Shown here piece by piece: positions 50,481 to 62,565 of a stretch of 64,000 bases of DNA. Source of the stretch: Mytilus californianus (taxonomy: Eukaryota); NCBI RefSeq assembly GCF_021869535.1, contig NW_026262678.1, forward strand, positions 620,001-684,000. Reading direction: 5' to 3'. Position numbers and translations under genes: made by a program. The notes below the pieces were generated by a model. That model was given only the letters and a program-made list of their open reading frames with translations, searched no databases and was not told the DNA's origin. Each line of letters starts with the position of its first letter. Position 1 is the first letter of the stretch.

Positions 50481-52002
50481 TTTTTCTTCTTAGTCAGTTG
50501 GTAAATTGTGTAACTTCGTTTAAGTACAAGCGTTTTAAACAAACTATCAATATTGAGCTGAAGCACATACATATTAATTTGGATCTAAACCATGACAAAC
50601 TTGATCAAAACCATGATGAATTTCTAGACACTTAATCGAACCATGTCATAACTTAACCAAACCATAGCAATTTCGATAGTTTGCTTATTCTGTGTTAGTT
50701 TCTTGAAAACAACAATACCAATGTAGATTGTTTGACTAACAATGCAAATTAAAACATCTTATTTGCTTTTTATTTGCTCGTTTGAACAGAACTGAGGCAA
50801 TCACTCGGGGAAGTAACTTAACACAACCATGTTCATCTTAACCAAACTATGACAGAATCACTGTACTAAACGCTTCTCGATATGACGAGGTTACTACCCG
50901 TGATAAAGAAATGCGCTACATAGTTATAAAAGTGTTTATTCGTGCCTATATTCTGAATGTATAGTAATTGTCATGCTTATAAACTTTCAAAAAATAAAAA
51001 AGCTATTTTAGGGTTCAATTTAAAAAAAACTATAATGTAAGTTAAAATAAAGGTCATGAATAAATGGTCTTTTTAATACGCTACATGTTTTTCTTTTATC
51101 GTAACGTCTTGTAACACATTCATTTCTTGTGATACCGATGTGGTCAAACCGGTCATATAGCTTTCGCATGCTTCGTCAGATTAGACCATTCTAGATAAGC
51201 ACAAAACTTCCAGCAGATCAACATGGAAGAAATAACCCTTGCCTACTAACAGCAACCACGCAATTATAAAACAAGTATTCTATGCAGCAACAACAAAGTT
51301 ACTGTCCATATCAATGGTATGAAAGTATCAGCCTTACTGGATACTGGTTCAACAGTCAACACAGCGAAGCCGTCTACAGTAAGTATCTTGCTGAACAACC
51401 AATAGAGACATCGAACATCGAGTGTGCTGATGGTCAGAGTATGCCGTATCTTGGATATATTACAGCAGACTTAGAACTACCAAGTACATTGACAGAAGGA
51501 CCTAAACCATGCTTACTCTTAGTAGTACCAGACAACACTTACAACAACACCGTACCACTGCTTCTTGGAACGAACGTCCTCAGTGCAGCTATGGATGATG
51601 TTAAAAGTCGGTTTGGTCCCAGAGCTAGATTTCTCCAAGATGCAGACTTGTTTACACCATGGTACATCAGTTTCCGCTGCTTATCATTACGAGAGAAAGA
51701 ATTGCAGAAGAGAAGTAACAGACTGGCAATCAGCAAATGTGCTAAAGGCAAGACAGTACACTTTCAACCCAACAAAGATGTAGTACTTCAAGGTTACATG
51801 TACCATGAGATAGCATACCATTGTGTTCGTTGTTTGTTACAACCAATTGAAAAAGCTGTCATACCAAACCGACATTTTAGTCATTATTCGCTCATTAGTC
51901 TCCTACAAGTACAAAGATAATCGATTAGTACCAGTACACATCAACAACGTTACTACTAGAGCTATCACCGTTTCACCAAACGCCATCTTGTGTGAAGTAA
52001 AG

Positions 52003-52428
52003 CCAGTAGTCAGCACTTCTGTGTTGACTTAAGTTATCATTATTATGTTCATAATTATAAATTAACTGTTTACAAAACTTAGAATTTTTGAAATACTAAG
52101 GCTTTTCTACCTCAGGAATAGATTACCTTAGCTGTATTTGGTTAGGAATTTTTGGTCCCCAATGCCCTTAAATTTCGTACTTTATTTTGCCTTTATAACA
52201 TTTTTTGATTCAAGCGTCACTGATGAGTCTTTTGTAGACGAAACGGGCGTCTGGCGCAAATATTAAATTTCAATCCCAGTATCTATGATGAGTTTATTTA
52301 CAACCACTTGGTCGATTCCACTGCTGGTGGAGTTTTAATTCCCCGAGGGTATCACCATCCCAGTAGTCAGCACTTCTGTATTGACTTGAGTTATCATTGA
52401 TGTGTTCATAATTATCAATTAACTGTTA
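52003..52428 (+). mobile_element. Circularly permuted retrozyme-like copy inserted in the Gypsy relic
   Basis: ccagtagtcagcacttctgt recurs at 52003 and 52360 (period 357). The sequence is the same family as 41146-41581, but the hammerhead is internal. Confidence 0.85.
52214..52257 (+). ncRNA. Minimal type I hammerhead ribozyme, core intact
   Basis: gcgtca-CTGATGA-gtc(ttttgta)gac-GAAA-c(gggc)g-TC-tggcgc; predicted cleavage after 52251; the stem III loop is no longer palindromic. Confidence 0.88.
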
Positions 52429-53007
52429 TCATCCGTCGATCATATGGTCCATGGTCATCGAATGTTGTCCTGTGTAGAAAGAAAGATGCTAAGCTAAGAA
52501 TGTGCATTGACTATAGGCAATTAAACAACCAGACTGTTCGAGAATCATTGGAGCGAAGAGAACTGAGACGCACTTAGTGGAAACAGCCTTTATACCGTAC
52601 TTGATATGAAGTCTTGTTGGACCGCTAGGATTCAATTAGTTCAATCGCCTTCCATTTAGACTTGTCTACAGCCCAGTAACATACCAGAGGCTAATGGAAG
52701 ATATCCTAGGTGACCTTCTTCTCAACATCTGTTTTATATACTAGTACTTAGACGACCTCATTATATTTTCTGATAGCTATGAGGAACACATAGAACGTGT
52801 CGAGAAAGTTCTACAGAGATTACGAAAAAGTTGACTGAAGTCGTAACCCAAAAAAAGTGCCTTTTTCCAAGAGAAAGTAAAATATATGGGCCACATAGTC
52901 TCCAAGAATGGTATTGAGCCTGATCCAGCAAATTTAGATAAAGTAAAGAATTGGCCATGACCAACATCACCAGAAGAGGTCAGACAGTTTCTTGGCATTG
53001 TTGGTTA

Positions 53008-53212
53008 CTGTTAACCAACTAATTTTCGTGAGCAATTTATTTTCGCGACTTTCGCGAGTAGAAAAATAACGCGATAATAAATCGTTGCAAAACTTCAATA
53101 CTTGGACCTTTCCTTATCTTAACTACATCCCGTAAATTTACAATCGCAAAATTAAATCGCCGCGAAATGGTCTAGAAGAGCAAAGTATCCGCGAAAATAA
53201 GTTGGTCTCTAG
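53008..53212. mobile_element. 205-bp MITE with TA target duplication inside Gypsy RT
   Basis: TIRs ctgttaaccaactaattttcg / cgaaaataagttggtctctag; TA at 53006-53007 and 53213-53214. Excision restores GGT TAT TGT AGA AAG (G-Y-C-R-K). Confidence 0.92.
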
Positions 53213-54589
53213 TATTGTAGAAAGTTTGTAAAAGTCTTCAGCAAGATCGCAAGGCCGTTAAAAGATTCATTGCCAGCGCCAAACAAGTCTGAGAGATGCA
53301 AGTCCAACTACAAGCAACCATCAAACTGGATATGGGACGAGCAATAATATAAAGAGACTTTAACAACTTGAAGTCACAACTACAGAAGCCACTTATTTGT
53401 TTTTTCCACGATATAACCAACCTTTTGAGATGCATTTAGACGCTTATATGCTAAGAACAAGACAACAAGAAAAGAGTCAAAGCGTATTCCAGTGGTGGAC
53501 CTAGTAAAGTAAGACGGAACTACCTAGTACAAAAACACTTGAGTTCCTTGCATTGAAATGGGCTGTCACCGAGAAGTTCAATGTTCTACTCTATATGAAC
53601 AAGTTCACGGTGCTAACAGAAAGTATCCTTTGTTATTTATACCTGATGAAACACCTTTCACAATAATACAATGAATCACTTGGTTTTATTTTCTTCAGAT
53701 TATTTGCACTTCTGTCTAAAACTTTACTGATTTAAGCAAAACATAAGACCGATTCTATACTCAGGGTAGATACAGTGCGAATCCGGAAATGCTATTTTTA
53801 GTGTATCCGTTATGAATTTCTATTGTTAAATGACAAATCAACAGACGACAAATTCATGATGTTTGAATAAAATAAGAAATAATATATAATGTGTATTGTT
53901 TTTATTAATTCATGATATAGGTATGAGATGTGGGTGTGTTTTAATCGCGCCTACAGCTATCCAGGTGTAAAATTGATACACAATTAGATAAATCTTAAGA
54001 ACAGAGCGTGCACTAGATTAAAAAGTTACAGTTATGGTTAATCTGCAGAAAAATGTACCTTTTAACATACTTATTAATGTTTTATTCTTAAAACAGGTTT
54101 TGCATTTCAGCTTGTTCATATTGATTGAAATTCCACTATGCTTTTGTCGTTATGCGATTCATGTTTACTGTCAAATAGTGATACTAGACTTTCCTTTTCG
54201 CCGTAGGGTGATTAATTTCTATTGTACATGCGATGCATTTTCACAGAAGGATTTAATTAATTTTTATCATTTAAACTCATAATTCAACAGACTCTCTAAC
54301 AAAATTTATGAAGTCAGAAAGATTAATTATATATGCTAATTAGTGAGTGAAAGTCTGAGGTAATAAATCAATAAATACCGTAAAAATAATATTATTATCT
54401 AATGTAGTCAACTTTATTTTCTCTAATAATTTGTCCAGATCCAAATCTATATCTAGGTTAAAATTTATCCTTTCCTATGACACGCCATCATTTAATACAA
54501 ATATTTTGGACAGATAGGCCAATTTACGTCACCGATAAAGCTATGTTTTCGGTTTCAGTCTAAATCTACATCACATACTAATAAAATGT

Positions 54590-54763
54590 CATTAGAGACA
54601 TTTCCGTTTGCTTGTAGTTTAAAGATGTGGTTAGCTTGCTTGCTTTGTTTGTATGAATGTTTTCTTAATCATGGTAATTAAGATTGAGCAAAAATTTATA
54701 AAAACAAAGCAAGCAAGCCAACAAAACCTTTAAAGTACAAGCATTAAGAGGATGGCTCTAATG
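54590..54763. repeat. Fold-back inverted repeat (~60-bp arms, ~50-bp loop)
   Basis: Arm 54590-54650 pairs with 54702-54763 (tagcttgcttgctttgttt / aaacaaagcaagcaagcca). Confidence 0.8.
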
Positions 54764-57197
54764 GATGCATCAGAGATACCTAAGAGCGGTCACAAAAGGA
54801 TTTTCATTTCACGATTGAGTGAATGATAACGTTTTCAGCTCGCAAAAACAATTGCCTTATATTTGATGCTTAGATGACTGGATCATTGATATTAATTATG
54901 CCATTGTGTATACATCTTATACACTAAATAAAGTTCGAGCAACAATCGAGTCACCTTCATTTATGTTCGAAATTTTTATAAATCGTTGTTACAAATAAGC
55001 AAATACGTGTAAGAATACAAAGATATATTGAATACAATTTATTGTTACTTGTTTAATTGGTTCTATACCACAGGGTATAACCGCCGTACAGTTGATTCTA
55101 GACGTTAACCGCTGTTGATAGATAGACCGTCCTAATATTTTCACCAAAAACTAATTGACATACTGTTCAGTTAAGTATTCAATATTTATGAAAACAAAGT
55201 TTACTTCTCCTGACAGTATTGTATACTACTTATATTACATGCACACCATGTGACTATTTTAAATAGACAGTTCTGTGAATTACGTGTAAACATCGCGAAA
55301 CAAATACTCTGTGTAACTCAAGCGTGATTGAACTACAAATAGAGCATAGTTGGTTGACTCTAACATTAAAAGCGACCATGTATTTTTGATTTGTTGTTGT
55401 TTAAAAAATTAATGCGAAAGAGAAAACTGTTTTTTTTTTTTTTATTTATTTGCAGACATTTACTTGAAAAACTGACCTCAGAATTTTGGCACTGTACGAT
55501 TCATTATCTATGTAGTTTGTTTGCTTTCATTAGTACCGTTCGTTGTACATTCTTGTACTGTTCGTTGTGCAAAAGCCTACCAATATGATAGAAATATGTA
55601 TAAAATGGAATGACAAATTTTCAAAGATTTTTTAAGCGAGTACTAACATTTTTATAGGACAATTCGCCATAAAAATACGTTATATTCATGAATGTTCTGC
55701 TTCAGTAAATTTTCGGATTCATGACACACTTATAGCAAACTCACATAATTTTTTGAAAATGCGTGATATGACCGTGCATTGGAGGAAAAACAACTGCTCA
55801 TACCAGTAACAGTCGTTGTACGACTGTCTTGGTCTGTGAAAGACCGAAAATGACTGTCAAATCAACTGATAATGACGGTAAGGGTTGTGACAGTTGCCTT
55901 ATTCCGTTATGACAGCTAATCTTTGTCTATCCCAACACTTTTTGGGGTTGTAAAAGACAAAAATTACTATTCACAGTCATTTGAGGACTGTTGCAGTGGT
56001 TTAAGGCCTTGTCACAGTCAAATACTATTTGTTACAGTCTATCCAAAAGTTTTGGCAGTTGCATGATGTTTGTCTCAACCATTTAATAGCTAGGACAGTT
56101 GAAATTTGTTTGTGTCAACTTTTCAGACGTTGATGCGGTCAAAAAATGTTTCCTACAATGTTTTTAGAGTTGGGACACTTGTAAAATGTTTGTTACAACT
56201 TTTAAAATGTTGTCACAGTCGTTGAATGTTTAAAACAAACATTTTATAGGTTTTTACAGTTGGTAAATTTTTAATACAAATATTTTAGCGTTAATATGTT
56301 GCAGACGTTAAAAAAATGTTTTCACGTCTCACCCTTTTAAGGTTTGGTATAGTTGTGATTGACCATTGCCACTGAATAATATTATTATCATATAATGTGT
56401 TTTTTTATTATTATTTATTTATTTTTCGATCGTTGAAAATTGTTTTGTCGTTACTCTGCAATGGCATTATCCGTTTATTTTCGACTTGTGCGTTTGACTA
56501 TCCTTCAGGTATCCTTCTTTTTATTCTGTCTTTTCAGAGTTTTTCATAACTTGCTTCATCATATGGGAAGCCTCCGTTTAAAGAAGAGGTTTAAAAGTAT
56601 AACAAAAGATGCTAATGACGCTAATGAATTTATTTTAATTCATATTTGAAATAGTTTTGATAAATTATGCAGAAGTGTAACGTTACGACTGTGTACCTGA
56701 ATTAAATTTGAAGAATACGACTACCTATTCTATTTAACATATTGGTGGGTTTTATTTGAAATGCTATCCATGAGGGACATTTCTCGATGATAATTAATCA
56801 AATCTGTCAAGTTTTCAAAAACGGAAAAAAACTTCACCGTAAACGATTAACTTTCTTCATTTTTTTTTTGTTGCATTACTGTCCTGCACGTGTTTTAATA
56901 TCTATTACACATCTATAACGTATTATTGACATATAATGTTTCATTCAATGGTTTTTGATTGCAAGCTAATTAACTTCAAAATGTGTTGACGAAGTTTAAC
57001 GTCTCGTGCCATTGATAAACAATAAAAACAAGACACGTGGTAAACGTGACAGATAAGTGAATTGAGAGAGCCATGACATTTGGATTTATATTTTCCATTC
57101 TTCACATTTGTTACATGTAATGAAACTATTCCTTAAGAGTTGGTAAATGATTTGCTGTATTAAATTTGTTCTTTAAAAATCTGTTATTTCTATTTAC

Positions 57198-57313
57198 CTT
57201 CAGGAGTGTTGAAATTTTTTCATCCCGGTATTCCCCTCGCACTTGCGCTGTGCGTTGGGCGAAGTCATAACGAGTAGTCTCGTAGTTAGGGTCATTGCAT
57301 ACGGACAAAATAT
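57198..57313 (-). CDS. Possible orphan coding exon of unknown product
   Basis: GC-rich island with donor AAG|gtaaat and a weak acceptor tcgcag|AT; open frame DILSVCNDPNYETTRYDFAQRTAQVRGEYRDEKISTLLK. Confidence 0.35.
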
Positions 57314-58329
57314 CTGCGAATTATTGTTTGGGAAGTTAATAATGCAATATCGGTACATTTATGAAGATGTTAATGATATAAAGGATTTTCTTTGAAAAGA
57401 GTTTGCCTTCACTTCTTTCAGAGTAAAACTTAGCCATGGAAGTATGTATTACTTTTTTTTTAAATTTGAAGTTTCATATGACTTTAACTTGCATTTACTC
57501 TGATTATGCAACTCGATCTTACAACATCAGTAGTTATTCATATTTGACCTGCACTGGCTTTTAAACTTGTCCGAGATACATTTACATAAAAAATAACATC
57601 ATCTAAAATAAAAGGTCCTAAATTTGTAAGACAGTACGCTACTTAATTGCCGATAGCGCATTTTGATTAAAATCAAATCCTTGAATTGCTACCATTATTA
57701 TATGTCGCGCATCAAGATTTAATTTTAATTAGATTGCCATTAGCGTTATTAAGCAACTACAACGAGGTCCATATACGATTCTGTATATATTTGATGTCAC
57801 TATGTTCTTAACACGTATCAACTGTACAAAAAGAACGCATTAAATGATTGTAAAAAATGCAAAAAAGTAAGACTAAGGCCCAATTTCCCCCTGAATTTAT
57901 TTCACACAATGGTTATTTTTAAAAAGTATACCAATGTTTAACTAAACTTTTTGTATATATTTCGCTACCAAATGTATGTTCTCAAAGATTTAAATAATAT
58001 AATGGATAATTCCTAAACAGATTACAAAATTATAAACGCTTAAAGAGTCTGCAGATAGTCGAAACAGGAAAAAATTGAAATATTAAATTGACCCCGCGTA
58101 ATGCGTTAAATGGGACATGGAAATACCGGGTGTGCGTCCGTCCATCCGGTCTTGTTAACGCTCTCACGTGTACAATTCTTGCCAGGGACAAGTTCTATAA
58201 TGGTGGACGATCGACTTTGTTGTCTTGATGTCTTGTTGTCCGACGTACTGTATCGTCTGTTGGTAAGTTTATATATCTAGGACATTTCTGGTCTCATGCT
58301 GTAAAAAAAAGGAAAATTTAGCCACTCAT

Positions 58330-59285
58330 CTAAGGGAATACGGTGTAATAGTTCTGTCTTACATTTGAAGTTGGTGTTCTTTTATAGTATTTATTTATTT
58401 CGTCTTCAAGCTACAACTACTAAACTGTCTATTCTACTTACAAGTACACTTGGTACAATAAAAAACCTGATAATATATTGTTCAAATAAGGTCTTTAAAA
58501 ATAGTGAAATTATTTGGAGTGTCAAAAATTTGTTGAAAGTACTTGATAAATTGCATGCTTATATTGGTGATTTTGAATCTGTTAAAGTTTTGATTTTTCT
58601 ACCTTATATACCACTTTACCTCATAGTCTTATTAAGAAAAAAATCACACACCTAATAAGATGGGCATTTAAAAAGTCCGAATGCAAATATATATGTTCAA
58701 ACTCTTTTAGGTCATTTTTTATGGTGTTATATATCTCAACTTGTACAATTTGCTCGTGTATGCAACAACGTATTTGATTTTAGCGAAAGAAATCTATGTA
58801 TTAATGAGATATTATTGCCTTTTCAATATAACAAACTAGTCAAAACATTTTCTAAATTTTATCATCGGTACAAAGGCATCGTTCGTAAATATAAATCAAC
58901 ATGCAGACATATTATACGTTCAGGTATTTCATATCCAATCTTTTATGGTAATATTTTTTATAAAGCACTAACATTTCGGCATTCACCTCAAAAGTTAACA
59001 AAACTTTTAAACAGACTTATTAAGAAGGGATATAGTTACGATACTGTTGTCAGGTCATTAAAGTATATATTTTGGCTGTAATATTTATTCACTTATAGGG
59101 TCTTTGCCCCGGAAATAAACACATTTATTCTAGAACCAGTTGTTGACATGATACGGGTTATGTTCTTCACATATATTTTCTCGCTGTATTGAAGACCCAT
59201 CGGCGACCTTCGGCTGTTTTCTGCTCTTTGGTAGGGTTGTTGTCTCTTTGACACATTCCCCATTTTCATTCTCAATTTTATTTAT
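58330..59285 (+). mobile_element. Penelope-like retroelement fragment with internal deletion
   Basis: TTTKLSILLTSTLGTIK...FDFSTLYT-like region is joined directly to the YGVYISQL.RFARVC-like region; the RT core between them is missing. Confidence 0.8.
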
Positions 59286-61848
59286 TTATCTTATCATTTT
59301 AATATTTGATTGCTTTAAAATCTATACTGGGAGGGAGCACTTCTTATATACAAGTCTAATGATAATAGGACATGCCACAGGAATAGGTCACCTTTTCAAG
59401 CTTGTAAATATGTGAATAGGTCTGGAAAACTATCAGAAATTAAGGTCAATAAAGTTCCCGTAACACTTCTTCGTCTATCATCTTTCTTGGTGTTTCCGGC
59501 AGTGTTTTTATCCTACAATTTTCTCTCATTTGACACTTTGGTATCCCACTCTAACATTTCACACCACGAAACCAAAACATTATGGGAAAAGGTAATATAT
59601 TTACTTACACAATAATTGAAAAGGTATACATTTTAAAGATCTAAATTATATGAAAATGGTGGGGTAACATAACCCCAGCCGCACCCCCTAATAAAAATTA
59701 AGTATTGAAGTGCCCCAAACCCCCGAGAACATTTATCAATTTAAAACTAATATCTTCAATGTTTATAATAAAACCTTACCAAGAAACCATTGCAATAAAG
59801 TATGCTTGATTGTGTTTAGAATCTAAGCACATTCTTGAAAGATGCTTACAAATCTTGAAATTAAGAATTTTTCTCAAATGAATTCTTTCATATTTTGTTT
59901 GTCGGTACCTATAATAGCCGACTATACGGTATAGTTAAAGGCAATAGTTGTATACTGCTTTTCAATAATCATAAATCGATTTAACCTTAACAAATCTAAA
60001 GAAGAAAATGTGTTATCAGTGCCAATGAGACAACTCTCCATCCAAGTCACAATTTGTTAAAGTAAACCATTATAGGACAAAGTACGTTCTTCAACACGGA
60101 GCCTTGGATCACACCGAACAGCAAGCTATAAAGGGCCCAAAAAATGACTAGTGTAAAACCATTCAAACAAGAAAACCAACAGTCTAATCTATATTAAAAA
60201 AAAAACGAGAAACGAGAAACACATATAAACCACATCAACAAACGACAACCACTGAACATCAGGTTCACTGACTAAGGACAGGTGCAAACAAATGTAGCGC
60301 GTTTAAACCTTTTTTATAGTTACCAACCTTCACCCTAACCTGAAACAATAGTGTAACATCATAACATAGAAAGACACACTATAAAATATCAATTGGAATG
60401 GATTAACTCAATCAAAAGACATATTAACACAAACAAGTGAACATACACTGAACGCATAAATTTGATATGTTACACAATATCAGAAAGACAACCATTACCT
60501 TGGAAAAAATGCCGCAAAATAAAAGAATGTACACAGGTAAATGAAAAAAAATTTTGTTATAAGGTATACAGTAATGGAGAACGGAAATATTTTTTGTTCA
60601 TAGTACGAGAACAGAAGTTAATATTTATAGTCATACCAAACGCTTATCAAAGCTGGTATATATTAAAAGTAGAGAGACGAGATATAACACTAAATACGTA
60701 AACATTATCGGTATGTTTTTGCCAATATTGGAGGCCGCTCGATTGCCTATAATCGCTTACATCAATTCTATTTGTGGTTTGGTGTATACTTGTCGTCTCA
60801 TTGGCAATTATCCCACATCTCCCTCTTTTTATATTAAAGAGATTGGAGGAATAACTGCTATTTGTAGATCGAAGCTAAGACAAATTAAATACACTAGCAA
60901 TATGATTCAAGTTTATTATTTTGTTTTTGCGCCAAGGATGACATATATTCTTTCATTGGAATATAACAACGGCTACATACACTTCTACGGACAGGTTTGC
61001 TGAAAGAAAAATAAACATATAGTTTAATTTAAATATAAAAACATATGTAACATAAGCTCATTTGAATAAACTGAAATCAATTGTTCAGAAATGCTTAACC
61101 AATATAATCAAACATAAACTTAGTGGTACACAATACTTATTCCAGTCAAAGAATATAAAACGTTTTGTCTGAATCATTCAGGCCACCTTCGATCATTCCT
61201 TACCAGAATCAGATTGACAGGTGTTATATGTTGAACAAGAACTGCTTACTCTTCAGTTGCAATTTCTATCATCCCTGCTTTTTATGTTTATTATTCAATT
61301 AGGATTGAGAAGTTCTTTGTAGGTTTTGGAAGACTGTTGTTTGTCTTTTGTTGTTATTGTTTTTGTTTTTTTTTGCCATGACTTTGTTAGTTTCTTTTTG
61401 ACTTATTTAACACTAAATCGCGTTAGGAATAAGCGAATTTTCATTTGACCTATTATATTATTCACTGATTCAAAATGCAAAAGCTCGTAAAAGTAAAAAA
61501 TTAGTATATTTAATATAAACTGATGAATAGATGTAATATTAATGTTTAGCCTTCTTCAATTGAAGATAGATACTATCGTAGTTTTATATTAGCTTATTAT
61601 ATCCAATTGATCTAAGACTTTCAGTAAAAAAATAAGTAAGGTATTGCAACCCATTTTTACATTCTTTACAATTTTTCTTGCTTTGTTTAAAAAAAAAGGC
61701 AAACAATATTACGATGAGATTGATTTTTGATTATGCACGTACTTGTGTCTAAATGTACACGAGTGATCTTTCTTCACAATGTAAAATATGATACAAAAGA
61801 TATATTCACTATTTTCAGAAACTGCAAAAAAAGAATGTTCATACTAAC

Positions 61849-61970
61849 CCTTGGAAATTCGCAAATGAATCGCATGGTGTCATCACACTCTTCATTTTCC
61901 CATTCCCAACTACCTAAAGTAGTCGAAAAATTTACCTTAAGACAGTCTTGCCCGAAATCTTCGATATCTA
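61849..61970 (-). CDS. Exon encoding the C-terminal part of a C-type lectin domain
   Basis: Strong acceptor ttttaatttttacag|TA. DIEDFGQDCLKVNFSTTLGSWEWENEECDDTMRFICEFPR shows the CTLD x-D-C...W.W....C......FICE pattern. Donor AGG|gttagt; read-through would stop at 61774. Confidence 0.8.
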
Positions 61971-62404
61971 CTGTAAAAATTAAAAAAAAATATATTTAAC
62001 TTAACATTAGTTAGTGTTTACGGTAGTATGGGTGTCGTTCGACATCTTGGATTGTAAATAACAGAGAATCTAGCATAATTTGATGAGGAATGCAGCTAAC
62101 TAATTTGAATTGGCATTTAAAAGAACAAATTTATTAGATTTTAACTTATAAATATTAATATATTTACAAGCGTACAATGCAGATTATTTTTGCTTGACTG
62201 TTATTGATGTTTTTAAATTAGAATTTTACCATGTCACAACAACAATCGACAACAATTTGCTTAATAGTGATCAGTGTGCACATTATCAATTCGTCGAAAG
62301 TCAATGAGCCTTTTTTTTACACCTGACATTTATGCATGCAATTGATTCAATGTCATACGAATATATCAAATAGCTTCTAGCGAAAGGCAAGGAATCTATC
62401 AAAA

Positions 62405-62545
62405 TGTATAGATTTCAGATTTCCAATCGTGACAACTTCCCATTTCTCAACAGCAACATACCATCTGCTTCATCTTATGGGTTTTACATAATTATATATT
62501 TTACATAATTGATTTGTTATGCTCGAGCATGTTCAAATTTTTCAA
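62405..62545 (+). mobile_element. Short Penelope-like RT fragment
   Basis: Decayed DFRFPIV.NFPFLNSNIPSASSYG...YARAC motif. Confidence 0.7.
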
Positions 62546-62565
62546 CCCTTGCAGTGTTGTGCTCC

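Larger units (their letters stand above)
51120..53625 (+). mobile_element. pol: Decayed Ty3/Gypsy LTR-retrotransposon gag-pol relic
   Basis: Zinc knuckle *YRCGQTGHIAFAC (51130-51171, first Cys now TGA); protease VSALLDTGS (51325-51351); RT PWSSNVVLCRKKDAKLRMCIDYRQLN, LDMKS and YLDDLIIFS; RNase H PFEMHLDA and LEFLALKWAVTEKF. Many frameshifts; no LTRs or integrase seen. Confidence 0.93.

Noticed and set aside
51282-51920. 212-aa ORF as a host gene
   Set aside because: It is a frameshifted piece of the Gypsy protease region; the LLDTGS motif lies in another frame.
55801-56330. EnSpm-like subterminal repeat region (acagtc/gactgt motifs)
   Set aside because: I could not find a matching second terminus or TSD, so it was not called as an element.
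59500-59596. Possible + strand first exon ending ATGGGAAAAG|gtaata
   Set aside because: No downstream partner exon was found and the evidence is a single donor-like site.
61780-61822. Acceptor-like tttttttgcag at 61822 as the next CTLD exon
   Set aside because: It is only 27 nt from the donor at 61848, too short for an intron.
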